A stretch of 64,000 nucleotides of DNA from the NCBI GenBank assembly GCA_965224485.1, contig CBDCZH010000010.1, forward strand, positions 32,001 through 96,000, read 5' to 3'. The position numbers were made by a program, and so were the translations under genes. The notes below the pieces were generated by a model that saw only the letters and a program-made list of their open reading frames with translations, was not told where the DNA came from and made no database searches. This document shows positions 37,656-47,435 of the stretch, piece after piece (the first letter of the stretch is position 1; each line of letters starts with the position of its first letter). Source of the DNA: Arcobacteraceae bacterium. GTDB lineage: Bacteria; Campylobacterota; Campylobacteria; Campylobacterales; Arcobacteraceae.

Positions 37656-38488
37656 ATAAACAAATAGAATTAGGGGTAATTAACTCTTTAAAAGTAAACA
37701 GAATATCAGAACCAGGACTTTATTTAATATGTGAAGATGAAGAAGAGGTATTACTTCCAAATTGTTATATAACAAAAGAGATGGAAGTAGATGATGTAAT
37801 AGATGTTTTTGTATATACAGATAGTGAAGATAGACTTGTATCTACTACTCTTAAACCTTATGCAAAAAAAGATGAATTTGCAGCATTAGAAGTAGTAGAT
37901 CGTGCTGCTTTTGGAGCTTTTGTTGATATTGGACTTCCTAAAGATATTTTAGTTCCTAAAAATAAACAAAAATCTACTTTCAATATTGGTGATATAAAAG
38001 TTATTAAAATAATTGAAGATGAGCATACTGGTAGATTAATAGGAACTGAGAAGTTTAATTTACATGAGTCTAAAAATTTTGGAAAAAATGCTGAAGTAGA
38101 AATTTTAGTATATACTAAAACACCTCTTGGTTTTAAAGTTATAGTAAATAATGCTTATGAAGGTTTAGTTTTTCATAATGAAATATTCCAAAAAATAAAT
38201 ATAGGTGATAAAAAAATAGCCTATGTTAAGAATAAAAGAGATGACGGAAAATTAGATCTTTGTTTACAAAAAATAGGACAAAATAATTTAGATGAAAACT
38301 CAAATAAAATATTAGAAGTCTTAGAAATAAATGATGGAACTCTTAATTTTACTTATAAAAGTGATGCCCAAGATATAAAAACTATATTTTCTATGAGTAA
38401 AAAAGTATATAAAGCAACACTAACAAAATTATTAAATGATAACAAAATTATATTAAATGATAATAGTATTAAAATAAATAAAGATTAA
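37652..38488 (+). CDS. CvfB-family S1 RNA-binding protein
   Basis: EVLLP, VFVYTDSEDR, GAFVDIGLPKD, winged-helix tail MSKKVYKA. Confidence 0.88.
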   Translation: MNKQIELGVINSLKVNRISEPGLYLICEDEEEVLLPNCYITKEMEVDDVIDVFVYTDSEDRLVSTTLKPYAKKDEFAALEVVDRAAFGAFVDIGLPKDILVPKNKQKSTFNIGDIKVIKIIEDEHTGRLIGTEKFNLHESKNFGKNAEVEILVYTKTPLGFKVIVNNAYEGLVFHNEIFQKINIGDKKIAYVKNKRDDGKLDLCLQKIGQNNLDENSNKILEVLEINDGTLNFTYKSDAQDIKTIFSMSKKVYKATLTKLLNDNKIILNDNSIKINKD

Positions 38489-38595
38489 ATTAAGGCTTGA
38501 AAATTTTATAGCTTAAATGTTTTTTACTCATTTTTAAGAGTAAATTTTAATCTATTTAAATATAATCAGATAATTAAATATTAAAAAGGAATAAA

Positions 38596-39132
38596 ATGGC
38601 AACAACAAAGTTAAAAGGAAATCTTGTAAATCTTAGTGGAGCAGAACTTAATGTTGGTGATGTAGCACCAATAGTTAATGTAGTAGCACAAGATTTAAGT
38701 GATATTCAAGTAGGTGGTCAACAAGGAAAAGCTCAAATTTTAGTAATTGTACCTTCTTTAGATACTGCTGTTTGTGCAGCTGAAACTAGAAAGTTCAATG
38801 AAAAAGCTGCTTCTATGGAAAATGCAGAAGTAACTGTAGTTTCTATGGATTTACCTTTTGCAATGGGACGATTTTGTACAACTGAAGGAATTGAAAACTT
38901 AAGAGTTGGATCTGATTTTAGAGCAAAAATGCTAGCTAAATCTTATGGTGTACTGATTTCTGATGGACCTTTAGCAGGTGCTACTTGTAGAGCTGTATTT
39001 GTTATTAATGCTTCTGGAATTATTACATATAAAGAGATTACAGAAGATATTACAGACGAACCTAATTATGAAGCAGCTTATGGAGCTCTTAGTGAAGCAA
39101 CAGGAACTTCTTGTTGTGGAACTTGTCAATAA
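38596..39132 (+). CDS. tpx: Thiol peroxidase (atypical 2-Cys peroxiredoxin)
   Basis: VPSLDTAVC, SMDLPFAMGRFC, RAVFV, EPNY. Confidence 0.95.
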   Translation: MATTKLKGNLVNLSGAELNVGDVAPIVNVVAQDLSDIQVGGQQGKAQILVIVPSLDTAVCAAETRKFNEKAASMENAEVTVVSMDLPFAMGRFCTTEGIENLRVGSDFRAKMLAKSYGVLISDGPLAGATCRAVFVINASGIITYKEITEDITDEPNYEAAYGALSEATGTSCCGTCQ

Positions 39133-39176
39133 TCAAGGTTTTGATTAATACATTTTGATATAATTCTAGTAACTTT

Positions 39177-39212
39177 AAAAAAGCTTATCTTTTTAGAAGA
39201 TAGGCTTTTTTT
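39177..39212 (+). terminator. Rho-independent terminator downstream of tpx
   Basis: AAGCTTATCTT-TTTAG-AAGATAGGCTT followed by a T tract. Confidence 0.7.
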
Positions 39213-39228
39213 ATTTTAGGATATTAAA

Positions 39229-40473
39229 ATGTTTTCAACTCAAGCAATAAAAAAAGAAGAAGTTATAAAGCAAAATAGTTTTAAACTTTGGTATAAAAAA
39301 TTCTCATCTCAACCACATCAGCCTTTCTTTGCAAATGGTATTGTTTTTCTAGTGTTATTTATATTTGCGCTGTTTTTAAATTATTCAAATACTCTTAGCC
39401 TAGAGGTTTCTTTACGAACCTTTCATGTTTATTCTTTAGTTTTTATAGTTTTTATACAATTCTTTTTAGGATTTTTATTTGTAGTTTTTCCAAGATTCTT
39501 AATGCAAGCAGAAATACCAGTAAAAGATTATATGAACCAATTTTTTCTGTATTTTATTGGTTCTGTTTTATTTTTTATATCAATTTTTGTAAGCGAAACT
39601 TTAAGTATTTTTGCTTCTTTTATAGTTTTCGTAGCGCAACTTATAAGTTTTAGAACCCTTTATATACTTTTTAATAAATCAATAATGAAAGATAAATACG
39701 ATACAAAATGGGTTTTAATCGCATTTGCTACTGGACTTGCTTCTAATTTTATGTATATTATTTCATATATGAAATTTCCAAATCATGAACTTTTTGCCCA
39801 AGTTGCTGTAAATTCAGGTTTTTATTTATTTTTATTTACTTTAATTTTTGCTATTGCTCAAAGAATGGTTCTTTTTTTTACTTCTGTAAAATCTCCTGGT
39901 TATATTATAAATAAATCAAAAGCTTTTATGGAATTAATTTTTGCATTTTTAGTATTAAAAGTTGTTCTTTTAACTTTTAATGAACCTAGTTTATACTTAT
40001 TAGCAGATGTTCCTTTATTTTTTATTTTTACAAAAGAATTAATTAAGTGGAAATTACCATTTTTAAAACTTCCTGCAATTATGTGGATTTTATACCTATC
40101 TTTATACTGGATTCCACTTGGGTTTTTAGTTTCAAGTATAGAATCAATTGTATATATACTTTTAGATAAACAAATTGTATTTGAAAAAGCAGTTATTCAT
40201 ATTTTTGCACTTGGTTTTTTTACAACTATTCTTGTAGGTTTTGGTACAAGAGTAGTATTGGGACATTCAGGTAGAACTCCAACTTCTGATAAGATTACTA
40301 CTTTTATGTTTATTTTTATTCAAGTACTTACCCTTTCTAGAGTTTTTGCAGCTTATAGTATAAATTTTGATTTAGATTATTCTTTGTTTATTAATATAAG
40401 TGCTATTTTATTTATTACAGCATTTGTAGCTTGGAGTATTAAGTATTTGCCTATTTTATTGAAGGGGAAGTAG
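39229..40473 (+). CDS. nnrS: NnrS-family membrane protein
   Basis: QPHQPFF, H...GFLFVVFPRF, IHIFALG, TRVVLGHSGR; about 12 TMs. Confidence 0.85.
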   Translation: MFSTQAIKKEEVIKQNSFKLWYKKFSSQPHQPFFANGIVFLVLFIFALFLNYSNTLSLEVSLRTFHVYSLVFIVFIQFFLGFLFVVFPRFLMQAEIPVKDYMNQFFLYFIGSVLFFISIFVSETLSIFASFIVFVAQLISFRTLYILFNKSIMKDKYDTKWVLIAFATGLASNFMYIISYMKFPNHELFAQVAVNSGFYLFLFTLIFAIAQRMVLFFTSVKSPGYIINKSKAFMELIFAFLVLKVVLLTFNEPSLYLLADVPLFFIFTKELIKWKLPFLKLPAIMWILYLSLYWIPLGFLVSSIESIVYILLDKQIVFEKAVIHIFALGFFTTILVGFGTRVVLGHSGRTPTSDKITTFMFIFIQVLTLSRVFAAYSINFDLDYSLFINISAILFITAFVAWSIKYLPILLKGK

Positions 40474-40483
40474 TTTTTGGTTG

Positions 40484-40561
40484 GTAAGTTGGTAGGTTAG
40501 TATAGTTTGTAAGTTAGTAAGTTGGTAGGTTGGTAAGTTTTAGGTTGTAAGTTGTAGGTTT
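40484..40561. repeat. About 10 degenerate GTARGTTN units of 6-9 bp
   Basis: GTAAGTTG GTAGGTTA GTATAGTTT GTAAGTTA GTAAGTTG GTAGGTTG GTAAGTTT TAGGTT GTAAGTT GTAGGTTT. Confidence 0.85.
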
Positions 40562-40661
40562 TAGTTTTTATTTATTTAATAAGAATTTTAAAGATTATTA
40601 AACACTTAGTACACAAAATTTTTATATAATCTTTTTACCTAGAGTATTTAAAAGGATTATT

Positions 40662-41621
40662 ATGAATATTATTAAAAAACCATCATTTTATATTAGTGAA
40701 AATGAAGTAACTCCGCAAGACTTATTTGATAAAAGAAGAAACTTCCTAAAACTTGGGGCTGCTACTTTACTTGCAAATTCAGCCTTAGTTGAGTTAATGG
40801 CAAAAGAAGAAATTCCTAAATCAAATCTAAATTATATAAAATCAAAAAATGAAGATAATTTGACATTAAATACTTTTGATCAAATAACTTCTTATAATAA
40901 TTTTTATGAATTTACAACTTCAAAAGAAGGAGTTAAAAAATTAGCAAAAGCTATGAATCCTAATCCTTGGGAAATACAAATTGATGGTTTAGTAAAAAAG
41001 CCAATAACTTTAGATATATCTGTTTTAATGAAAAAATATGAACTACAAGAAAGAATTTATAGATTTAGATGTGTTGAGGGCTGGTCTATGGTTGTACCTT
41101 GGATTGGTTTTACTTTAAGTGAACTTATTAAAGAAGTTCAACCTCTAAGTTCTGCTAAATACGTAAGATTTGAAACAAGATTAGATAAAACAATGTTTCC
41201 TGATCAAAGTAGAGGTATTTTTGCTAATATTCCTTATCCATATGTAGAAGGTTTACGAATGGATGAAGCTATGAATGATTTAACGCTAATGTCTGTTGGT
41301 TTATATGGTAAGACCTTAGAAAATCAAAATGGTGCTCCTTTACGTCTAGTGGTTCCGTGGAAATATGGTTTTAAATCTATTAAAAGCATATCTAAAATAT
41401 CTTTTGTAGAAAAAGAGCCTTTAAATACTTGGCAGCAAATAGCCTCAAGAGAATATGGATTTTACGCAAATGTTAATCCTAAAGTCGATCATCCAAGGTG
41501 GTCTCAAAAACGTGAGCGAGTATTAGGAAAATTTCTAAAACAAAGAACAAAAATATTTAATGGTTATAAAGATGAAGTAGGTTCATTATATTCTAACTTG
41601 GATTTAAAAAAGTACTTCTAA
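40662..41621 (+). CDS. msrP: Protein-methionine-sulfoxide reductase catalytic subunit
   Basis: Tat KRRNFLK, YNNFYEF, RCVEGWSMVVPW, QNGAPLRLVVPWKYGFKS, HPRWSQ. Confidence 0.96.
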   Translation: MNIIKKPSFYISENEVTPQDLFDKRRNFLKLGAATLLANSALVELMAKEEIPKSNLNYIKSKNEDNLTLNTFDQITSYNNFYEFTTSKEGVKKLAKAMNPNPWEIQIDGLVKKPITLDISVLMKKYELQERIYRFRCVEGWSMVVPWIGFTLSELIKEVQPLSSAKYVRFETRLDKTMFPDQSRGIFANIPYPYVEGLRMDEAMNDLTLMSVGLYGKTLENQNGAPLRLVVPWKYGFKSIKSISKISFVEKEPLNTWQQIASREYGFYANVNPKVDHPRWSQKRERVLGKFLKQRTKIFNGYKDEVGSLYSNLDLKKYF

Positions 41622-42160
41622 TGAGAATTTTTATTTTTCTTATTCTTTTATTACCAGCTTTTTATCTAAGTTTTGAACTTTTTATTTTACAAGATGTGAA
41701 TGATCCAATTAAGTATATTTATACAGTAACTGGGTCTGCTGCTATTGTTATACTTTTTGCAACAATATCTTTATCTTTGTTTTTTAAAAAGCTTGTAAGA
41801 TATAGAAGATTGATTGGTTTATTTGCTTTTTTTTACTCTTTCTTACATATGTTAAATTTTTTAATTTTAGATATGGAAATTGATTTTGAATTTGCTTATG
41901 AAGAAACAATTGATAAACCTTTTATTTACTTAGGAATGATTAGTTTTTTTATATTAATTTTAATGAGTATAACATCTACAAAAAAACTATTTAGAAAATA
42001 TAATAAATATCATAAAATAATCTACTTAGTACTAATTTTAACAACAATACATTTTGTTATGGCTCAAAAATCTTTAGCAATATATCAATTCATTTTTCTT
42101 CTCTTCGCAATTACAATATTTTTATTTAAAATAAAACAAAGAGTAATAAAGTACTTTTAG
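41621..42160 (+). CDS. msrQ: Methionine-sulfoxide reductase heme-binding membrane subunit
   Basis: RRLIGLFAFFYSFLH, ITS, HKIIY...H; coupled to msrP. Confidence 0.9.
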   Translation: MRIFIFLILLLPAFYLSFELFILQDVNDPIKYIYTVTGSAAIVILFATISLSLFFKKLVRYRRLIGLFAFFYSFLHMLNFLILDMEIDFEFAYEETIDKPFIYLGMISFFILILMSITSTKKLFRKYNKYHKIIYLVLILTTIHFVMAQKSLAIYQFIFLLFAITIFLFKIKQRVIKYF

Positions 42161-42317
42161 TTTTATTATAATAAAAATAACTTTTCTTATAAACATGAAT
42201 TTATTCTAGAATAGCTCTTCTTTGTCCTATTTAACAAGCCTTAATTGAAAAATATACGTAATCAAATGGTAACTATTTTTATATATTATTTTAAATAATA
42301 ATTCTTAAGGTTTTAAA

Positions 42318-45242
42318 ATGAATAATATTTTAGATAGTTTAATCTTTAAGCATAAGATCTTTTTACTATTAGTTCTTCCTATGCTAAGTATAATTTTTTT
42401 AAGTTCAATGTTTATATATTCAAAATATGAGCAAAGAAAATCGGTTATAACTACAAGTGAATATATAAAGTTTAATTATTATGTAAATGATTTGATTTTA
42501 CATTTACAAAAAGAGAGAGAACTTACTTATCTACAAGAATATAAAGAAATAGAAATAATAAAAAATAACTTAAAAAAACAAAGAGTATATACTGATGAAA
42601 GTTTTAAAAAGTTCAAAAAAAATCTGCTAAGTCTTAATATCTCAAGTATAAAAAATAATAATATTATATTTTTAATAAATACTCTAGTAAAAAATAGAAC
42701 TAAAATAGACAATAAAACTTCTACCTTAGTAAAAATAAAACAAAACTATTCTTTAAGCATAAAAGAACTATTTACTTTTATTGATAATACTTTAAGAGTT
42801 GCTAGAAATGAAGAACTAATATCTTTAGCCCAAGAGTATATTTTCCTAAGTCAAGCAAAAGAATATTTCTCACAAGAAAAATTTTTAGTTGAATATATCT
42901 TTAATAATGGAAGACTAAGTAATAATGATTTTATTACATTTATTTCTTTAGTTTCATCTGAAAATATATATTTATTTAATATAAAAAAATATGCTTCAAA
43001 AGAAGATATAAAAATATTATCAAAACTAGAAAATAAAAATATTTTAAGACTTATAAGTGTTATTAAAAATAAAAATAAAAAGAATAAATTACTTGCTAAT
43101 ATAAAAGAGTTAGCTGGATATGGAGGTTTGATTCATAATTTTAAAAACTATATTTTAAGAGGTGATGAAAAATATTCATCAGCTTTTCAACAAAAACACT
43201 CTAATTTAATAAAAAACATCAATAAATATAGAAGGCTCAAACCACTTTCAAAAGATGAAAAAAATGAGCTTGAAAATATTAAGAATATTTTTGATGAATA
43301 CTTAGATTATTCCTTAGAAGTGCAAGATGCTTTAGCTCTTGATAAAAGTATTGAAGAGCTTGATATCTTAGTTCAAATTGATGATTCTATTGCAATTAAT
43401 TCAATTAAAAACTTAACAAAGAATATTTATGGAAATGATGTAGAATTATGGAACAAAGAAGCAAATAAGAGCATTAGTATTTATAATAATTTATTGCAAA
43501 ATGTATTAGAAAAAATGTCCAAAAAAAGTATAATGTTAAAAAACGATATAAATAATAAACTTCTAATTCTAAGTATTTTAATTGTTTTATTATTCTTATG
43601 TATTTTATTGTTAAGTAAGGTAATTATTAAACGAATTGAGAAAAAACTATATAACTTTCAAGAAGGTTTAACTAGATTCTTTTCATTTAGTTTAGGCAAG
43701 AGAGATACTTTAAAATTAATGAAAGTAAAAGGAAAAGATGAATTTGCTTTAATGACTAAAGATATTAATAAACAAATAATACAAAGTCAAGAAATAACAA
43801 AAAAAGATAAAATCGTAATTGATGAAATAAATGATGTAATGGCAAAAGTTTCAAATGGTTTTTTCTCTTATGAAATATATAATGATGCTGGGAGTAAAGA
43901 AGTTGAAGCCTTAAAAGATGTTATTAATAAAATGATTAGGTATACAAAAAGTAAAATTGATATTATAAATAAAGTTTTAACTTCTTACTCTTTTAAAAAA
44001 TATGATTATCTTTTAGAAGAAAACGATAAAAGAGGAATGAATGGAGATTTTGGAATTTTATTAAATTCTTTGATTTTATTAGGAGATTCCTCTTCTGTTT
44101 TGGTTGCTTTAATTACAAATGCTTCTAAAAAGCTAGATAAAAATGCCAAAACATTAACTAGGTCATCAAGTACTTTATCAAGCTCTTCAACGTTGCAAGC
44201 TGCCTCTTTAGAAGAAACAGCTGCAAGTATTGAAGAGATTACTTCAAATATGCAAAGTAGTTTATTAAAAGTTAATGATATGTCTATTTTAGCAAACTCT
44301 TTAACTTCTTCTTCACAACAAGGAAATATTTTAGCAAATAAAACTGCCTTATGCATGGAAGAGATAAATCAAAAAGTAATATCAATTAATGCAGCTATTA
44401 GTGTAATTGATAAAATAGCTTTTCAAACAAATATTCTTTCTTTAAATGCTGCTGTTGAAGCTGCAACTGCTGGAGAAGCTGGAAGAGGTTTTGCCGTTGT
44501 TGCAGGAGAGGTTAGAAATTTAGCCTCAAGATCAGCTCATGCAGCAAAAGAAATAAAAACCCTTGTTCATGATGCAGCACTTAAATCACATGAGGGTAAA
44601 AATACAGCAAATGAGATGATTAGTGGTTACCTTAAGTTAATATCTAAAGTAGATGAAACAAAAATAATTATAGATGAAGTCACCCTTATTAGCAATGAGC
44701 AAAAAGAAGGAATGGTTCAAATTAATGATGCTATAAATTCTTTAGATAAAACTACGCAAAAAAATGCAAATATCTCTTTAGAAATAGATACCTTATCAAA
44801 AGAAATAGATAGTTTATCTCTTAGTTTACACTCAATTACTTCTATAATAACAATAGATGAAAAATATTTAAAAAGAGTAGGAGATTTATCATTATTAAGT
44901 AAAATTTCTAAGTATAAAAATGATCATATTAACTTTAAAAAAGAGAGTTTTAAGGACTTGAATTTATTTAAAAGTTCAAAAGCAAGTGATGCTAAATCTT
45001 GTGATTTAGGAGCTTGGATATCTTCTTGTGAAAAGCAGAATAAAACTTTTGTAAAAAGTCAAGCATGGGAAGAATTATTAATAAAACATCATGATGTTCA
45101 TGAGGCTGTTTATTTATACTTAGAAGCAAATCACAAAAAAGATGATAATAAAAAACTTGCAAATTTAGCTTCTAAAATAGAAGTTTTAACAATAAATATT
45201 TTTGATTTATTAAATGATATTTTAGAACTTAATGTTTCATAA
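42318..45242 (+). CDS. Methyl-accepting chemotaxis protein with NIT-like periplasmic domain, HAMPs and C-terminal CZB
   Basis: HLQKER (NIT-like); [40 protein letters not shown] ligands DH, SCDLGAW, H..VH. Confidence 0.92.
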   Translation: MNNILDSLIFKHKIFLLLVLPMLSIIFLSSMFIYSKYEQRKSVITTSEYIKFNYYVNDLILHLQKERELTYLQEYKEIEIIKNNLKKQRVYTDESFKKFKKNLLSLNISSIKNNNIIFLINTLVKNRTKIDNKTSTLVKIKQNYSLSIKELFTFIDNTLRVARNEELISLAQEYIFLSQAKEYFSQEKFLVEYIFNNGRLSNNDFITFISLVSSENIYLFNIKKYASKEDIKILSKLENKNILRLISVIKNKNKKNKLLANIKELAGYGGLIHNFKNYILRGDEKYSSAFQQKHSNLIKNINKYRRLKPLSKDEKNELENIKNIFDEYLDYSLEVQDALALDKSIEELDILVQIDDSIAINSIKNLTKNIYGNDVELWNKEANKSISIYNNLLQNVLEKMSKKSIMLKNDINNKLLILSILIVLLFLCILLLSKVIIKRIEKKLYNFQEGLTRFFSFSLGKRDTLKLMKVKGKDEFALMTKDINKQIIQSQEITKKDKIVIDEINDVMAKVSNGFFSYEIYNDAGSKEVEALKDVINKMIRYTKSKIDIINKVLTSYSFKKYDYLLEENDKRGMNGDFGILLNSLILLGDSSSVLVALITNASKKLDKNAKTLTRSSSTLSSSSTLQAASLEETAASIEEITSNMQSSLLKVNDMSILANSLTSSSQQGNILANKTALCMEEINQKVISINAAISVIDKIAFQTNILSLNAAVEAATAGEAGRGFAVVAGEVRNLASRSAHAAKEIKTLVHDAALKSHEGKNTANEMISGYLKLISKVDETKIIIDEVTLISNEQKEGMVQINDAINSLDKTTQKNANISLEIDTLSKEIDSLSLSLHSITSIITIDEKYLKRVGDLSLLSKISKYKNDHINFKKESFKDLNLFKSSKASDAKSCDLGAWISSCEKQNKTFVKSQAWEELLIKHHDVHEAVYLYLEANHKKDDNKKLANLASKIEVLTINIFDLLNDILELNVS

Positions 45243-45245
45243 ATT

Positions 45246-46895
45246 TTAAATATTTTTAAAATTATTCTTTATAAAATCAGCAACTCTAAATGAGTTTGCG
45301 TAAATTGTAAAGGTATAAGGAACTGATCCTCCCGTTGGCATAAAAGAACCATCTGTTACGAATAAATTTTGCACTTCATGACTTTGGCAATTTTTATTCA
45401 ATACAGAAGTTTTAGGATTATTTCCAAATCTACAACCTCCTGCTTGCAAGTTTTGTGAAGGAAGAGGAGAAATATCAACACTTATATTTTTAGCTTTCAT
45501 CTCAACTAAGAGTTTTATTGCTTTTTTTGCTAAAAAATGACCAACTTTCATATTTTGTGGATGTGAACCTATTCTAATATTTGCAACAGGAATTCCATAA
45601 ACATCTTTATATTTCTCATCAACAGAAATAAAACAGTCATCATTCGCTAACCAATCTGTAAAAATTTCAAACTTTAGGTTTTTATTATTGCTAAACTCAT
45701 TATGAATTTTATCTTGTAAGTCTTTTCCAAGTAGAAGTCCTTTTTCTCCCCATTTTAAAGCATTTGCCCTTCTTATTGGATTTGCATGTTCAAATAAAAA
45801 TTCAATCATACCGCCTTTAAAATCTTTAGTAAAATACCAATCTTTTAAGGCTCGATTTACAAATAACCCAGGTGTCATTAATTTTTCTATATCCATATGT
45901 GAGGCATCAAAAGTTCCACTTCCAACTCCTCCTCCTGTTGATAAAAAGTTTTTCCCAACATTTAAGCTATTATTCGAAAGTCCATTAGGAAAGTTCTTAC
46001 TTTTAGAGTTCAGTAATAATCTTGAACTCTCAATAGCTTGGGCTGCTAAAATAAATATTTTAGCTTTTATCTCTTTTTTAACTTTTGATTTTGTATTTAT
46101 ATATAAAGCAGCTTCTATCTTATTATTTTTATCATGTTTTAGTTTATATACAAAAGAGTTTGAGAAAATTTTTAAATTATTTTTTTCTATTATTTCTTGT
46201 AATAAGGCTGCTCTTGCTGAACTTTTTGCCCCTGATGAACAAGCATGGGAACCACAATAATTTGAATAATAACAGGGATTTCTTTTATTTTTTTCTTCAC
46301 TTATTATAGCTCTTGGTGTTTTAACAATAGAATAGTTTAATTTTTTACAAGCAAGGTCATAATATTTTACAATTGGGTGTTCTTTTAATGCTTTATAAGG
46401 AAAATTTTTACTCGAGCGTTTTTCTGCGTGCTCATATGAAGAGACTTCACCTGAAACTCCAATAATTTTTTCAACCTTGTCATAATATACTTCTAAATCA
46501 TCATAAGAAATAGGCCAATCTTCTACATTAGCCCCTTTAATTTCTCCATAAGTTGATTTTAACTTAAAATCATTTTCTTTAAGTCTATAAAAGAAACCAG
46601 ACATAAAATTTGAAGAACCACCTAAAATACTCCCATTCCAAAAATTCCAACCAGATTCATATGTTGGAAACTTGTGCCATTTTTCATCTATTAATTCTTC
46701 AATAACATGATACTGTTCACTTAATTTTGGAGTATAGATATCTTTTCTTACATTTAATTCATCTTTAGAAAAATCTTTTTCGCTGTAAATCCCACCTTTT
46801 TCTAAAATAGCAACATTAAAACCTGCATTTACTAAGGTATATGCAGCAGGAGAAGCTCCTGCACCACTTCCTATTATACAAATATCATAAGTCAT
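45246..46895 (-). CDS. GMC-family flavoprotein oxidoreductase (gluconate 2-dehydrogenase-like)
   Basis: IGSGAG, LGGSS, DWPISY, C..CG..C motif, AGGCRFG, NLFVTDGSFMPT. Confidence 0.88.
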   Translation of the reverse strand: MTYDICIIGSGAGASPAAYTLVNAGFNVAILEKGGIYSEKDFSKDELNVRKDIYTPKLSEQYHVIEELIDEKWHKFPTYESGWNFWNGSILGGSSNFMSGFFYRLKENDFKLKSTYGEIKGANVEDWPISYDDLEVYYDKVEKIIGVSGEVSSYEHAEKRSSKNFPYKALKEHPIVKYYDLACKKLNYSIVKTPRAIISEEKNKRNPCYYSNYCGSHACSSGAKSSARAALLQEIIEKNNLKIFSNSFVYKLKHDKNNKIEAALYINTKSKVKKEIKAKIFILAAQAIESSRLLLNSKSKNFPNGLSNNSLNVGKNFLSTGGGVGSGTFDASHMDIEKLMTPGLFVNRALKDWYFTKDFKGGMIEFLFEHANPIRRANALKWGEKGLLLGKDLQDKIHNEFSNNKNLKFEIFTDWLANDDCFISVDEKYKDVYGIPVANIRIGSHPQNMKVGHFLAKKAIKLLVEMKAKNISVDISPLPSQNLQAGGCRFGNNPKTSVLNKNCQSHEVQNLFVTDGSFMPTGGSVPYTFTIYANSFRVADFIKNNFKNI

Positions 46896-47383
46896 ACTTT
46901 CTCTCCATATCGTTTCTTAGGTCTTGGGTAGCCAATTTTGTGATTAATACTGCTCCATCCTATTTTTTTCTTATTTCCCTTATATATAGGATCGCTTAAC
47001 ATAGCTTCAATTGCATAATAAACAATTTTACTTAACCACTCTTGTGCATAAGAATTATTATTTTGAATATTTTGCAAAAAATCTAGTTTTTTATTTTTTT
47101 TAAGTTTAAAATATTGGGGAAAAGAGTTTTTAAAATCTACTGCTCCTTGAAGCAATAAGTTTTTATCTTCACTTAAAAATGTTTCATGATTTATATTTGA
47201 TATTAAATATTGCATTGCATTAAACTCTTTAGCACTTGGCATAGTAGAGGTTTTTACAAAAATAGTATTAAACATATCATCTAATACAATATATCTCTCA
47301 TCTACAAAAAGTTTTTCTTTTTGTGAGGCAGATACAAATAATGGGGATAAACAGGATAATAAAATAAAATTTCTTCTTTTCAT
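46892..47383 (-). CDS. Gluconate 2-dehydrogenase subunit 3 family protein (Tat-exported)
   Basis: MKRRNF, PSA, EAMLSDPIYKGN...GW; overlaps the GMC gene. Confidence 0.85.
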   Translation of the reverse strand: MKRRNFILLSCLSPLFVSASQKEKLFVDERYIVLDDMFNTIFVKTSTMPSAKEFNAMQYLISNINHETFLSEDKNLLLQGAVDFKNSFPQYFKLKKNKKLDFLQNIQNNNSYAQEWLSKIVYYAIEAMLSDPIYKGNKKKIGWSSINHKIGYPRPKKRYGEKV

Positions 47384-47435
47384 ACTTTCAGTTTAGCTAA
47401 AAACTATTTATTAAGTGTGTAGAAGTATTTATGTT

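Noticed and set aside
39132..39170. FNR/Dnr/NssR box upstream of nnrS
   Set aside because: The half-sites are in reverse order (ATCAA-N4-TTGAT); no TTGAT-N4-ATCAA match
31950..40561. Octamer arrays as CRISPR or iterons
   Set aside because: Units are about 8 bp, contiguous and spacer-free; no cas or rep gene
45246..47383. GMC dehydrogenase pair lacking a cytochrome c subunit as a novelty
   Set aside because: Two-subunit arrangements are known in Campylobacterota (C. jejuni gluconate dehydrogenase); substrate cannot be read from sequence
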